64,000 nt of DNA. Source: Eledone cirrhosa. Lineage: Eukaryota. The DNA lies in the NCBI GenBank assembly GCA_964016885.1, contig OZ024747.1, positions 70,308,001 through 70,372,000 of the forward strand, given 5' to 3'. Positions 1-13,774 of the stretch are shown piece after piece (position 1 is the first letter of the stretch; every line of letters starts with the position of its first letter). A program made the translations under genes and the position numbers. The notes beneath the pieces were generated by a model. That model made no database searches. It worked only from the letters and a program-made list of their open reading frames with translations, and was not told where the DNA came from.

Positions 1-352
1 TTTGTTGTTGTTGTTTTGGTCTTCATTAAATTCATGTTGAAAGCGCTCCGCTTTTGCCTGTAACCTCTTTTTATCAAGCAGTGAATAACTACGACTACAA
101 AAAGTTTCCCGATAGGACCATTCAGTCTTTGTAGAACAATGTTACCAAATGTGTGCATTCCATGAGACCTATTATGAAAAACGTAACGTACAGAGAGAAA
201 TAAAGAAAGAAAGAGAGAGAGAGAGAGTGTGGAGGAGTGATGTAAATACATATATATAATGTAGACAATGATATGTTTAAGAAGATGTTTGGCCTTCATT
301 TTACCTCCCATTTCGCATTGTCTTACCCTTCTTTTGCCACATTATATACTAT

Positions 353-357
<5 letters not shown>

Positions 358-416
<59 letters not shown>
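358..416. repeat. (TA)n microsatellite
   Basis: Pure TA run; source of the YIYI ORFs at 268/273. Confidence 0.97.
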
Positions 417-422
<6 letters not shown>

Positions 423-634
423 AATGAATACATTGCAAATGACCAAGTTAGCTAGGTTGAAAAATACTAAGTTAAAATAATATGGTTTGCCTGTCTCGAT
501 TTAAAATAATAAATTAATAAAAATAACAAACCTATATTGGCATTGGCCGTGATACTCGCACAAATTCTAACGGCTCGGAAATATTCCCTTCTTTGAGCTA
601 TTTAATTGTAAAAGACTATTTCGAGTTTATAACT

Positions 635-636
<2 letters not shown>

Positions 637-714
<78 letters not shown>
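637..714. repeat. (TA)n microsatellite
   Basis: Pure TA run. Confidence 0.97.
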
Positions 715-716
<2 letters not shown>

Positions 717-978
717 CAGTGTACTGGTACGATGAATAATAAAATTTATTATGTAGGAGATAATGCGATATTATTTGAAAAATTCTTCTATAACCAGACT
801 CACTCATTAAAAATTAAAAATACCAGATTTCACCTCCCGTGCCGAGACCGTCTGGAAAATACGGAAGGACTGTATAGATTACACACTGAAAGGGCCAGAA
901 ATTAGAACACCTTAAAATTGATTGGTGGGCAGCATCAATTCAATTGCACTTAATTACGCCATATACATTTATATCTCT

Positions 979-1533
979 ACTAGCCGAACTACTCATCAGT
1001 GATATAATTTATGGAGAAAACTGCATTTCAATATTACTCAATGTAAAATGTAATGCATGAAAATTGGAAAACATTATTTTTGTAATATATCAAATCAATT
1101 ACAATATTAAATCTTATTCTTATTTTGTTTCTTGTAAATAATTTTTTTCAAAATATCAATTCAAAACTTTTGTGAATAGGCATCATATCTTGTCATTTAC
1201 ATTCATATAAATCGAAGGGAAAAACTTTTCAGCGGGGATTTGTGCCCCTGGGGAACCCTAATAGAGGGGTTTAACCCTTATTAGGGTGTCTTAATATTAT
1301 TGAAATTTGCTGATATTTTGTGAATAGGCACTATATCTTCTCATTTACCTATGATTTAAATTTCATATAAATCGATGGGAAAACATTTTCAGCGGGGGTT
1401 TTTGTACCTGGGGAACCCTTTGATTAAAATGAAAATTACTTATCCAAGTACCCTGGGAAATGTAGTTTCTAAAATATATATAGTTATGGGGGTCTATATC
1501 CAAAATCATAGGAGGAGTTCGTGAACAAACAGG
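979..1533 (+). mobile_element. Putative non-autonomous Helitron/Helentron-like element with internal duplication
   Basis: Starts ACTAG and ends GGAGGAGTTCGTGAACAAACA, resembling small Helitron-derived elements; ~90-100 bp internal direct repeat at 1168-1259 and 1317-1419. Confidence 0.35.
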
Positions 1534-1545
1534 AAACAATAGGAG

Positions 1546-1621
1546 TATAGAGTTATGGCCCTTTACGTTCTGAGTCCAAATCTCGCCGAGGTCATGCTGG
1601 CCATGTGCCTAAATCAGAAAT
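1546..1621 (+). mobile_element. Internally deleted tRNA-derived SINE (family A)
   Basis: TTCTGAGTCCAAATCTCGCCGAGGTC joined directly to the GCTGGCC.TGTGCCTAAA tail seen in other copies. Confidence 0.7.
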
Positions 1622-3007
1622 AAGTTTATTATATTATGATATGGTATGGTCACATAGTGTCGTATGGTTTATATACTATACTGATTGTTTATATATTATT
1701 TATCTTACATTTAATATCATTATACACTTAATATCATAGTCTTTGCAATGGCGCATGTGTCCCTTTTATCTAGCCCTTAACACGGTATTTGTTCTCACTT
1801 GACATATAATCATATGATCTATAGCTATCTAATCACTTTCGATACCACCTAGATCACAAACGGGACCATTACAGTGATTTCTCATCCCGTACACATTGGG
1901 TCTACATTTTTAGAGCTATCCTGCCTGAAATAATAGTATACATACAACAAACCGAATTACAAGGAATCGAGTGGCCATGCATATATAAGAATAAAATAAC
2001 TGGGCCAGTATACAACTGCATAGCGCAATAGGCATTCCAGAACGGAGGAAAACAAATATACAACGAACAAAAAATATGTTATATTTGTATTTATGCTCTA
2101 GTGAACACTTATCTAATAGTCATATAGTTTGCGCCAAGTAGCACCCACATACTATTCATCTATTAATTTACTTGTCTGATGTGGTATATTTACTTATTTA
2201 TCATTCCACTTTATTCCTTCATGGGTTATATTTTAGATAAATATCAAATTCCTTATCTATTAATTTCTTTCATGAACGGGCAACAATTTCTCTTCTCAAT
2301 CTTCTCGTAGTTTTTGGACAGTTAATAAACGAAAGCTTGATTCTTGATATGGCCATAGCCGTTTCCCTTTCCATTTCATTGCTTTATACACCACTCACGC
2401 TTAGCCAGATTTCATTCCTTTAAACTTTACTTATATGTGATTCATTTTTTCCATTTTTTATTCATTTTTAGGGTTTAACTTAAACGTAATATATAGTTAT
2501 ATTCAGTATTTATCATGTTAGTATTTTTTATGTCGCAATGTTTCTTTCTTTTTTACTTTACTTGTTTGTGAGATTGTTGACTGGGGTATATAAACAGACT
2601 CCTTTTCTTTATGCGGCAGAGTGATTTTTAACAATCACTGTTATAATGCTTCTGATGAGTCAGTGATGTAAAGAGTCGAAAACTATTGCTATATAATCAT
2701 CTATAATAGAGGTCAGTTTTGAGCTTGACCACTGTAGATACACGTGTAATGTAGTAAGCACACGTTAAAGTGATATCCATCTCTTCTGGTTTTATATTCT
2801 GTGACCCTCCTTGATATCAAGTACTGGTCATCTACCGTTCTTAAGTCAAAGAAGAAACGAGTTATCGTACCCTGGTTCGACACTACTTTACCTTGGAATC
2901 AAATTTATTGCAATGAGTAGTTAACGTGGTTTAAGCTTGCATTAATTAACCGCCCCACACAAACACACATAAAGACACACCCACACGCACACACGCAGAC
3001 CCCTTCC

Positions 3008-3040
<33 letters not shown>

Positions 3041-3046
<6 letters not shown>

Positions 3047-3422
3047 TATGTACACGTACACACATATATGCATACCGGCGCACAGTAGTATGTATACATA
3101 TATATACATACATGCACACATATATATATGCACGTATGGATTCACCAAATATTTATTATAATGCTCGGTGCGTTTGTAAACAAACATCCCGTATTAAGCC
3201 GTAGTGTCTAGCAACCACCGTTGCTCGTTTGTTCAACACTGACAAAGGAACGCTGTACTAGTTTCAAGCTTGTTAGCTATCGTCAGCAACGTATACCTTC
3301 CTGCCAGATTGTTGAACGTATATACTTACCTTATGCATATTAACGGCTGAGTAGCCCAATTTGCATATAGAGTGGGTTAATCGGCCGGGTGCACCGAAAA
3401 CGATAAACGGAAAAAATGAAAC

Positions 3423-3432
<10 letters not shown>
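3041..3432 (-). mobile_element. Non-coding HHR-containing repeat (~420-bp family), copy A
   Basis: Homologous to 15259-15508 and 46555-46974; flanked by (TA)n on both sides. Confidence 0.8.
3250..3292 (-). ncRNA. Type I hammerhead ribozyme motif (minimal)
   Basis: Minus strand ACGTTG-CTGACGA-T AGCT aaca AGCT T-GAAA-CTAG-TA-CAGCGT: 6-bp stem I, 4-bp stem II, palindromic stem III. Confidence 0.82.
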
Positions 3433-3466
<34 letters not shown>

Positions 3467-3534
3467 CAAGGAAACAACAAACAGAGGTACAAAAGTCATA
3501 TAAGTTTCACGCATTATACGGACAAGGGGAACGA

Positions 3535-3582
3535 AAGTTCGACGCGTTGGGCTTTAACCCTTCTTCAGGTGTAGAAAAATAA
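3535..3582 (-). ncRNA. Degenerate hammerhead motif in PLE-like terminus
   Basis: Minus strand CTGAAGA-A GGG ttaaag CCC-AA-CGCG-TC; GAAA is truncated and stem I is poor. Confidence 0.4.
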
Positions 3583-3929
3583 ATACAGGATCACAAATGA
3601 TAGATACAGAAAATAGAGGTAATCCCAATAAAAGAAAATAATCGAAAATAAAGAGAGTAAACACTGTATAGTTTCACTTATAAAGCATGCGTCTACTATA
3701 GTAGAAGATACATGACCAATTTACCAGGCCACATACACGAAGCCTCGTTGTCAACGGTGCCTTTTATTCTCCTGAGGCCAATAAAATAAAGTACCAGATA
3801 ATACTGGGATCGAGTTAAATCAATTATGTCCTTCGTAAATGATTTGGATGTCAGAAAATGTTGGAAATCAATAGCTATCTTTCACATCGTCATTTTTAAC
3901 AACAAAAATTATACACAGGCACACATAAA

Positions 3930-4141
3930 TATGTATATATACATATATACATATATATCTATATACGTATATCTATATCTATAAAAATATCTTTATCTAT
4001 ATCTATATATATATCTATATCTATATCTATATCTATATCTCTCTATATATATATGTACATATATCTATATATATATATACATATATCTCTATATATATAT
4101 ACATATATCTATATATATATACATATATCTATCTATCTCTC

Positions 4142-4212
<71 letters not shown>

Positions 4213-4268
4213 CTATATATCTATATATATATATATACATATACATATATCTATATATATATATACAT
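3930..4268. repeat. Compound (TA)n/(TATATC)n microsatellite
   Basis: Direct reading. Confidence 0.93.
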
Positions 4269-4876
4269 ATGGTGGCTGCCAACTCGTTTTCGAGTACGGC
4301 CACTACTTTATATCCATGTAGGAGAACTCCTACCGATGCCCTGAACAAGTGTGACTTTTTAGTCCAGCCAGCGTATTGAAAACTCTGGTACAAACACCAG
4401 ACTTGTGACAATTATTGACACATAGTGCTTGGCCCATGGTACCATGTGACGACAAGTGCAGAGAGATCTCCAGATATAAAGCAATGCCTGTGCCGTGAAG
4501 CTTTTATAGTGAGCAAAGGCACTGCACAAAGCCAGTCCCACTCTCTTAACCAAGATGATATTTACCAAAAAGAAGAACAAGTCAACATCATTGGATACCA
4601 TCAGGGTTGCAGGTATTATATCAGAGTTTTCCTTCTCCTAGAATTCTGCCTTGACAAAGGCTAACGGGTCATCTCTCCCGGTGATTTTGGATGGCCATTG
4701 ACTCTTAAGTGCTCCTTTGCCCTTTGACAGGTTTTGTTTTTAGTCCTGCAGGATGTCCAAAATTACCCTCCTCACCAAGAAACCTTGGTGGGGTTGCCAG
4801 TTTAATCGCCAACGACCCGACCATGAGACAGGTTGTACTGGGATACATGTTACCAGTAGCACCAACTGGTGACCTG

Positions 4877-4879
<3 letters not shown>
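4269..4879 (-). mobile_element. 611-bp bipartite non-autonomous RTE-type retroelement, copy 1
   Basis: Near-identical inverted copy at 18333-18943; RTE 5'UTR-like CTAGGAGAAGGAAAACTCTGA plus the 3' end of an RTE ORF. Confidence 0.82.
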
Positions 4880-5907
<1,028 letters not shown>

Positions 5908-6640
5908 GTAAAATAACGTAGATTAAATGACTCTATATATACGGACACACAAGTACGCGCAAACACACACACACACATATATATATATCATGTAAGAGAA
6001 CTGGGTACACCGAACAAGCTTCAATTTCCAGATTAAACCAAATAACGTAACACATAACACCATTATTAGAATTGTAAGATACAGTCGCAATAAGATATCA
6101 TATCTAACTTCAAAAATATGTGGATTTGATCCTAATTTAGAATTAAATAATAAATGATACAAAATGTCACGTTCAAACTGTATTTGCGACTCTAGTTTTG
6201 AACACAAAAACATGATTAATATGAAATTATTGGAAGTATTTTATTAACCCAACTCAATTTCTAGACAGAAGCTCGATCAATTTTCTTGCTTATTCAAATA
6301 TTTTTGTTTTTGTTGTTTAAACCGATGCTAAATGTGTTTGAACATACCTATGACCAAAGGCGTTTAACGGTGAGCACCCCATCATCTTTTCTGAACTTAG
6401 TTACCCAGAAGCATATTATTAATTGTCTCATTGCTTCTTTTCAGGCAGCAGGTTGTAAACTGGGAAATAATTGGCTTCTTTCTAGTAGGTGCTCCGACGT
6501 GATACATTTTATAAAAACTGTTTAAAAGACAATGGTGAGCAACCGGCATGTAATGAAATCCATTCATAATTATACTGACATTTTTAGACATAAACAATAT
6601 AGGCTTATATTGTTCAATGTTTTCTAATCCTTTTAATAAC

Positions 6641-6805
6641 TGTTTCTACTTTTGGCACAAGGCCAGCAATTACCCAGTGCATTACTGGTACTTTATTTTA
6701 TCGACCCCGTAAGGATGAAAGGCAAAGTCAACCTCGGTGGGATTTGAACTCAGATCGTAAAGGGACGTAACTATGCTGGAAAGCATGGCGCCCGACCCTC
6801 TACCG
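6641..6805 (-). mobile_element. tRNA-derived SINE (family A, Meta-domain-like core)
   Basis: B-box-like GAGTTCAAATCC and core GCCTTTCATCCTTACGGGGTCGATAAAATAAAGTACCAG on the minus strand; more than 10 copies in the window. Confidence 0.9.
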
Positions 6806-7716
6806 CTGTTTGAAGATGGTAGAAGGGGATTTATGTCACATCACTTTTATATTCCTGGTAGATTTTAACACTCACATGGTGAATCTGCATTCGCTCTGTT
6901 CTGTAAAAGACCGCTAGGTAGAGAATCATGTAAAATAAAATTCTATTCGATTTTAAATTGAAAGGAGGGACGTGTGATATTATTTCATTTCTGAAACAAC
7001 TACTGTTTCAAGACAAATTGGCAGTTAATTGATTTTTCTATCTCATTAATATCTTTCTTATAAGCGTTTAAATGTTGGCCTATAGAGAATATGTGACAAT
7101 TTTCGAAAGACTGCTTAATGTTCTATTCAGCATAAATGTACTATTTTTGTGACGCTTTCACCAACTGCTAACTAGAGTTTATCATAATTGAAGTAGCGAT
7201 AATTTCTTCTATTAATGAAAATATTTATATTAACTGAGTTAGCTTTCACTATCTTCTTCCATCTCTTCTCCCAATTGCTTTTCATTATACTTCTTTTATT
7301 TTTGTTTTGTTAGCACTAACTTTATGATTACGTATTCATATTAGTGAGGAATGCAAGCGGTATAGCTCTTGCAAAATTGATTGTTGTATTGCATAATATA
7401 TGAGGTGTATAACAAGGTTTAATAGAAAAATGCTGACTTAATAATGCGGATTGCCCAGTCACTTAATTGCTCGAGTTCACTGTTCTTATTCCTAAAAGTA
7501 TCGAACTGCTCACCAAAATACCTTATTTCTCCGATGCTACGGATGTATCTATCTCTATATATTTTGCTGTTGCTTTTTCTTGCTTGATATTTGGATGTTA
7601 TATTTTCATTAAGTAGATATCTCTTCTTTATCTTGAATGAAAAGCATAAATTAAAATAACAAAACCAAAATTATTGTTAACCTAAAATGTTGCCATTTTG
7701 TGTTATGTAAATCAAA

Positions 7717-7872
7717 GCGGCGAATTAGCAGAATGGTTCGAATGCCGGATAGAATGCTTTGCAGTATTCTTTGCAGCTCTCTGCTCTCTGAGTTTAAATC
7801 CCACCGAAGACAACTTTGCTTTTCATCATTTTGAGGTCGATAGAAAAGTACCACTCTCGTACAGGGGTCGAT
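7717..7872 (+). mobile_element. Older tRNA-derived SINE (family A-related)
   Basis: GCGAATTAGCAGAA head, GAGTTTAAATCC, GCTTTTCATCATTTTGAGGTCGATA core. Confidence 0.8.
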
Positions 7873-8114
7873 TTTCCTCTATATCTCTTCCTCACTTCCT
7901 CTCCCTCACGTTCACCTTCTCTGGTAGAAATTTGATGTGTTCAAACATGGAGAGGGATGAGCTCCGCCACGCTAAAATATTCCCAAGAAACGCCGTATGC
8001 CATTACGGCACTCCTACGACACTAGGAGTCACGGGATCATACCATACCATTATAAATAGTATTTTTCAAGACGTGCACTCCACTGAGGGAAGTGTGACAG
8101 TGTTGCCTCATACA

Positions 8115-8115
<1 letters not shown>

Positions 8116-8160
<45 letters not shown>

Positions 8161-8183
8161 GTGTGTGTGTGTATATATATATT

Positions 8184-8253
<70 letters not shown>

Positions 8254-8342
8254 TGTATGTGTAAATATATATATATTTATGTACATATATATATGTACAT
8301 ATTTACATATATATATATATATACAGTATATATATATGTACA

Positions 8343-8376
<34 letters not shown>
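8116..8376. repeat. Compound (TA)n microsatellite
   Basis: Direct reading. Confidence 0.95.
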
Positions 8377-8378
<2 letters not shown>

Positions 8379-8995
8379 AAGACGAAGAAAGCTAGAAGGG
8401 ACGAGAAAGAGAAAGGAGGGAGAGAAAAAAAGAAGAGAGATAACATTGCTAAATGTTAAACTGAAGGCGGACAAAGATAGTGGGATATGGAGAAAATAAA
8501 CGAACCGATAATAAAACAAAAACAAAGAAAACAACACAGAAGAGCTGATCACCAACCCTCCCCCAATCGATATGTGTACACATTATACACATATACACAC
8601 AGCGTATATATATATATATAACATTAAATTGAAAGTCGATTGACACATATATATATATATAACATAAACACATCAAACAATTACAGGGGATGATTTATGA
8701 AGAGTGTAAACACACATAGTTACGGAGAAAATATATTAAAAAATTAACAAGAACCTTGAATAATGATTAATCTCCTTTGTATATATTCCATTGAAAAAAT
8801 ATATTTCACCATTAATCGGTGAATCGCAGATGTTATATCTTGGATCATCGGCAAAGGAGAATATTTAACTATGATTACACACTTAAAGCAATTCAGCGAA
8901 TAACGACGAAAAGCACATGTGGTTTAAAAAAAAACACATCACTCCGCCGCCATACCAGTAGCCTGAATAGGGTTATCGACAGCTAGAAATACCAC

Positions 8996-9081
<86 letters not shown>

Positions 9082-9295
9082 TTTACGTATCGAGAAAGAG
9101 AAAAAAAGGAGGGATAGGTGATACATATAGTTATTTGCCAAGTAGCGTATGCCAAAGGTGCTCGATACTAGTGCCGGCAGTATTAACTATTCGAAGTGTT
9201 AATATTTAGAGGGCTAGAGAGTTAGCAGAGCGTAAGCACGTGGGAAAGTAAAAAAATCGGAGAATAGACCGTTAAAACATGTTTATTTAAAATAT

Positions 9296-9335
9296 CACCT
9301 ACGTACGTTTCGCCCAGTTGGGCTTCTCAAGGGTA
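9296..9335 (-). ncRNA. Hammerhead variant (U3-A8 core) in PLE pseudo-LTR
   Basis: Minus strand CC-TTGAGAA-GCCC aact GGGC-GAAA-CGTACG-TA-GG; stem I is short. Confidence 0.65.
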
Positions 9336-9648
9336 TAAATAATCACAAGTGTTCCTTATATTGCTCGGAAAGAGTTTTGGGGGTTAAATCCACATCAAGG
9401 TTCATTGCTCGCAAAAATATCTTGTTTTGATTTTGCAACAGGTCAAGGGAGGTAACTCTGGCCGGTGTTAGGGCAGTCTTTCCCGGACAAATTTTTATTT
9501 TTATTTATTTTTTCTATTTTTATTTTTTTGCCGCATCCGTTTGTCTGAGGCTGGGTCTGGTATGCAAGGATTGTTTCCTGGGTGTTATTTTGCAGCGCCT
9601 GCCCGCCGGGGTGTTAAGACTTGTTGCAGGGAGATCCAGTGTACTATT

Positions 9649-10650
9649 TCACTCTTCATCCTTAACCCATCTGAAGAAGGATATTTTTAAGCGATGCGTA
9701 CAACTTATCGCTGTTTCAGCTCTGCTGTTGATGAGCTCGTGGGGTGCAGTTATGATGTGGTAGAGCTCCATGAGGCAAAGATCGCATTTCCTCTTGAAGT
9801 TGTACGGTGCAACCCTGCCGACAATCTCCCAGTGCGTGGAGAAGCTGATGTTTAAGTCCTTTAGTGATGTGATGTAGTCCGCGAGCGAAGGGGATTGCCT
9901 TAGTTTTCTATTTGTGAAAGAGTGGAGATGTGTTCGAAACCTAATTTTGAACGGGCCGGAGGTGGCCCCTATATAATGTTTAACGCTATTGTGGCTAGTA
10001 ATAGTGCATCTATATATAACCCTATCAGTCAAGCAGTATCCTCTAAGGGGGCAGCGTCCTCTGTCGCGGCAGTTGCAATTTCTGTTGCGGTTCCGTCTAT
10101 TTCCCACGGTAAGGCTATCATTGTTGCTGCCTACGTTGTTATCTACGCTACCGCAGCTGTCGTTAGCACAATTACAACCAACAGCACGCGGGATGGTGCG
10201 ATTGTTATTCCGCACGTCATGTTCTGCATGTTCCCCAGTCATTTCGCGGTTATTCTGGTTGCGTCTGTGGATGGCGTTGCCAACACTATTGGATGCTGCC
10301 AGGGAGTTGTTAAAGCCGATATAGTTATTGTCAGGTGTAGGTGCGTCTGTGTCGAGGTGCTGTGTCTTGGTGATCTTACTGTGGTTCGTTGTTCCTATGC
10401 TAGGTTAGGAGTAGTAGAGAAGGATATTTTTATATTGTTCCTATTAAGAATTTTTCTATACCTATGGTCGGGCGGGAAGTTCTTCTCTAATGCTTCGAAG
10501 AACATCCGGGGTATGTTGGAGGCCACACTCCGAGAGTAGGGGGGATGGAACCATAGGACGTTACGGTGGCGATTACGTGTCCTTGTACTTTTGCTACGGG
10601 TGGTTCCATCTAAGTGACCGCTCTTATGTGTGTTAAAGCGCAGTCGCCCG
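9649..10650 (-). pseudogene. PLE ORF C-terminus: linker plus GIY-YIG endonuclease, one frameshift near 10390
   Basis: VLWFHPPYS...KNFPPDH...ILNRNNIKISFS, then CNCRDRGRCPLRGYCL..VIY..HYIGAT..FKIRF..H..SF..CDLCL.E..INSR.E..C.H; the two parts lie in different frames. Confidence 0.9.
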
Positions 10651-10713
10651 TATATATATATATATATATATAGGTATAGTAAGTTGCATATATACATATA
10701 TATATATATATAT

Positions 10714-10917
10714 GTAGGAATATTTTCGATACAGCGAGCGATTTTGAAATTATAAATATAGGCTATCGCCGTATTTTGAGTAAAGAAATTAAAGAAATTA
10801 TTTAGCCTGATAGTGGGGTTAAGAACCCTCGGAGAAATGGAAAAAGATGAGTATTGACGTACCTGTACGTCAATACTCATCTTGTTCCATTTCTCCGAGG
10901 GTTCTTAACCCCACTAT
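10714..10917 (-). mobile_element. Fold-back PLE-type terminus (53-bp arms, 10810-10917) with 3' tail
   Basis: Near-perfect palindrome centred at 10863-10864; both ends in (TA)n. Confidence 0.75.
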
Positions 10918-10937
10918 ATATATATATATATATATAT

Positions 10938-11130
10938 ATAGGAACCAGTAAGACCCCGGCAGCTGAGCTCAAGCCGTTTCGACGGCTAATTCTAGTCCAG
11001 AATTAGCCGTCGAAACGGCTTGAGCTCAGCTGTCGGGGTCTTACTGGTTCCTATTACCCACTCTACTACCTCAAGTATTGAGTACTTTGGTGCGTTATGG
11101 TCCACCTGGTTCCTTACCACATTTCCTTCG

Positions 11131-11132
<2 letters not shown>
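10938..11132 (+). mobile_element. Fold-back element, GAAACGGC family, copy 1
   Basis: Palindrome 10938-11054 with a 5-nt loop plus tail; homologues at 12230-12410, 25988-26047 and 45223-45360. Confidence 0.8.
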
Positions 11133-11177
<45 letters not shown>

Positions 11178-11611
11178 TATAGTAGGTTGCATAGTCGTAG
11201 TTGCGCGTAGTTCTAGGCATTGTTACGTAAATGAGGAATGAGGGTGGGGAAGATGGACGTAAGGTGAGAGTACTGAGCTATGTGAGACGAGAAGGAAGAC
11301 ATTAGAATAAATAAACCAGATAAAAATTGCTTAAAGCAGTAAACATATTGTGTTTTATTATTCGATTGGGGGAGAATTAAGGTGTATTTAGGGTTGTGTA
11401 TGGGAATTGGGGTTAAGATTAAACGTAGAAGATTAAAATTAGTATTAGGATTAATATAATAACCGTGAATCCGTACGCAGCTACTCTCTACGAGCCTTGT
11501 TGCTGGATTAATAAGGGTTAGGTGATAGTTGAGCGTTTCACTTCAGACACGGTCGGAGCGTGCTAACAGTTTCTTTTTCGTGATTCCAGATCACTCCGCT
11601 GTAGTAAATTG

Positions 11612-11756
<145 letters not shown>

Positions 11757-12229
11757 AAGATGGGAATTAAGAGTATTCCGCAGTTCACAATAATAATAAT
11801 AATAATAATATTAGCTCAAAGAAGAATAGAGAATTTTCTTCTGAGCTCAAATGCAAATATATTACACAAAGAGAAGTGTGTTACACAGTGAGATGTGTGT
11901 AAAGAATTATTACAAGTGAGTTTTACCGTTACTGTATAGAGAACAATATCTACAAATAGAAAAAAAGTAAGTCAGGATCAAATCTCTGAATCAGAGTTTT
12001 AAATTACCAACCTTATAACTATAAGTTTGCTGATACGAATCTCGCTTCGTTTCACCACCGACATGTGCAGTATAACAGGCCACAGGATCCTCAGTCAGCA
12101 AATGTGGACACTGTTCACGACACATCTAACCTCATGGATAGAGAGAAAGTTAATATACACGCTGCCCAGAGTAGGGCGAAATCACGTGTTATTTGCATTA
12201 AATAACGGCTCTCATGGATTTTCAGCTTG

Positions 12230-12410
12230 GATGTGGGAAAAACCAGTTAGACCATTACTCACCAGAATACTAGATACTTGGAGTAGTAGAGTTGGTAGTA
12301 TGAACGCAATTAGGACCCTGACGGCTGAGCTGCGGCCGTTTCAAAAGCTAGATCCGAACTCAGTTCGGATATAGCTGTTGAAACGGCCGAAGCTCAGCCG
12401 TCGGGGTCCT
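12230..12410 (-). mobile_element. Fold-back element, GAAACGGC family, copy 2
   Basis: Palindrome 12312-12410 centred at 12361; tail homologous to 11055-11125. Confidence 0.75.
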
Positions 12411-13774
12411 GAATATTTTCATATATATATCAATATATATATGTGTAATTTACCACTCGCTATTTCAGATAATTGAATTTGAGATATTTGATGATAGATT
12501 TTGATAAATTGTTTCTTATAACAAGAATCAAACTAGGTCTATTTTTTATCGCAAATATACTGAAAGTATATACAGTAATATTAATTAGTTGTTAAGATGT
12601 TAAAGTATATATTAAACGAGACAGAAAAGCGCAGTAAGGTAAAAAGAAAAAGACTGAATCACGGGTGATAAATCAAACGGAGGTGGTAAATCTAAATATA
12701 GTGAACATATACCATGTATGTTTCCGAGATAGTTTTACAAGATGTCATTGCAGAAACAGTACAACCATAGTAGATACTTTACTATATTAGATGTCTTCCT
12801 TCTAGGTCGACAGAGCGGATCTTGTCGGGCTTGATTAAATAAATATCAAAATATATTGAACCATTCAATAGACTAGACGAGGCGTTGAAAAATAAAATAC
12901 AACAGGCACGAAGTGGCAGAATGACAGTATTATAGATCATCTACATACGAGTAACTCCCAACAGTGACCAATTAAATTATACATAGTTTGGTTTATCTAG
13001 AGTGTGCTGATGACCAAGTCGATAAGGTAAAGGATAACCGAGAGTTTAAGACGAATGTAACTCTTATTCTCTCTTCTTTACCTCATACTTTCTTTTTCTC
13101 TCTCCTTCTCTATCTCTGCTCCTGTCTCTCGCTTTTATATGCTGGCGTAGAATTGGCCGCGTCGTTTGAATGCAAGAAAAAACCCAATGCACTGTTTGTT
13201 CTGGAACTTTGCGTTCCTATTTCAAATCTTAGCGAATTCAGATTTGCCTTTCGGGTTAGATAAAATAAAGTACCAGTGCGGGGAAGTGGATTGGCAAAAT
13301 TGTTAGAGCATCTGGCAAAACCACTTATTCGTCCTGCCACCAAACAAGCCGTCCGTAGGGAGGGACTGAATATACAGCTGGCACACTCAGGACCTTCATT
13401 GAGGAGACTGCTCCACAGACACAAACCCATGTACAGCGATATACGCACACTTCGTAATTGTCCTATCATCGTATGCATAAGAGCATATGTGGTGTATTAG
13501 AACAGGTGTAAAAATTTAGTTCCTCATACATCGGAAATACCATAAGGAGGCTACACATACAGATCAAGAAACACCTTAAGAAACATCTTGACAGCTGTTG
13601 CAACTAAGACACTGAGATTACCATGTAGGCGATTGAAAGAAATATGGGAAATTTAAGGGTTTATGAAGCCATTTTCATCAGCAGAATAAAACCAGTGCTA
13701 AATAATAGGTCAGAAATACACGAGGCAGAATGTTATTGTAGAGACCCCATGCATGCGCATTTATTTTGTAAACA

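Larger units (their letters stand above)
9079..10650 (-). mobile_element. 5'-truncated Penelope-like retroelement (probably Nematis-type) inserted in (TA)n
   Basis: Thumb/linker plus GIY-YIG coding region, then 3' UTR with an HHR; (TA)n at both junctions. Confidence 0.88.

Noticed and set aside
2647-2700. CTGATGAGTC...GTCGAAA hammerhead
   Set aside because: Stems I-III do not pair; at best a decayed relic. The upstream GIY-YIG-like hints at ~2080-2190 are too weak.
4359-4664. ~80-aa ORFs conserved between 4.4 kb and 18.6 kb
   Set aside because: Conserved only because they lie in two near-identical copies of a repeat.
9922-10539. 205-aa hydrophobic plus-strand ORF
   Set aside because: Antisense shadow of the PLE ORF with no independent motifs.
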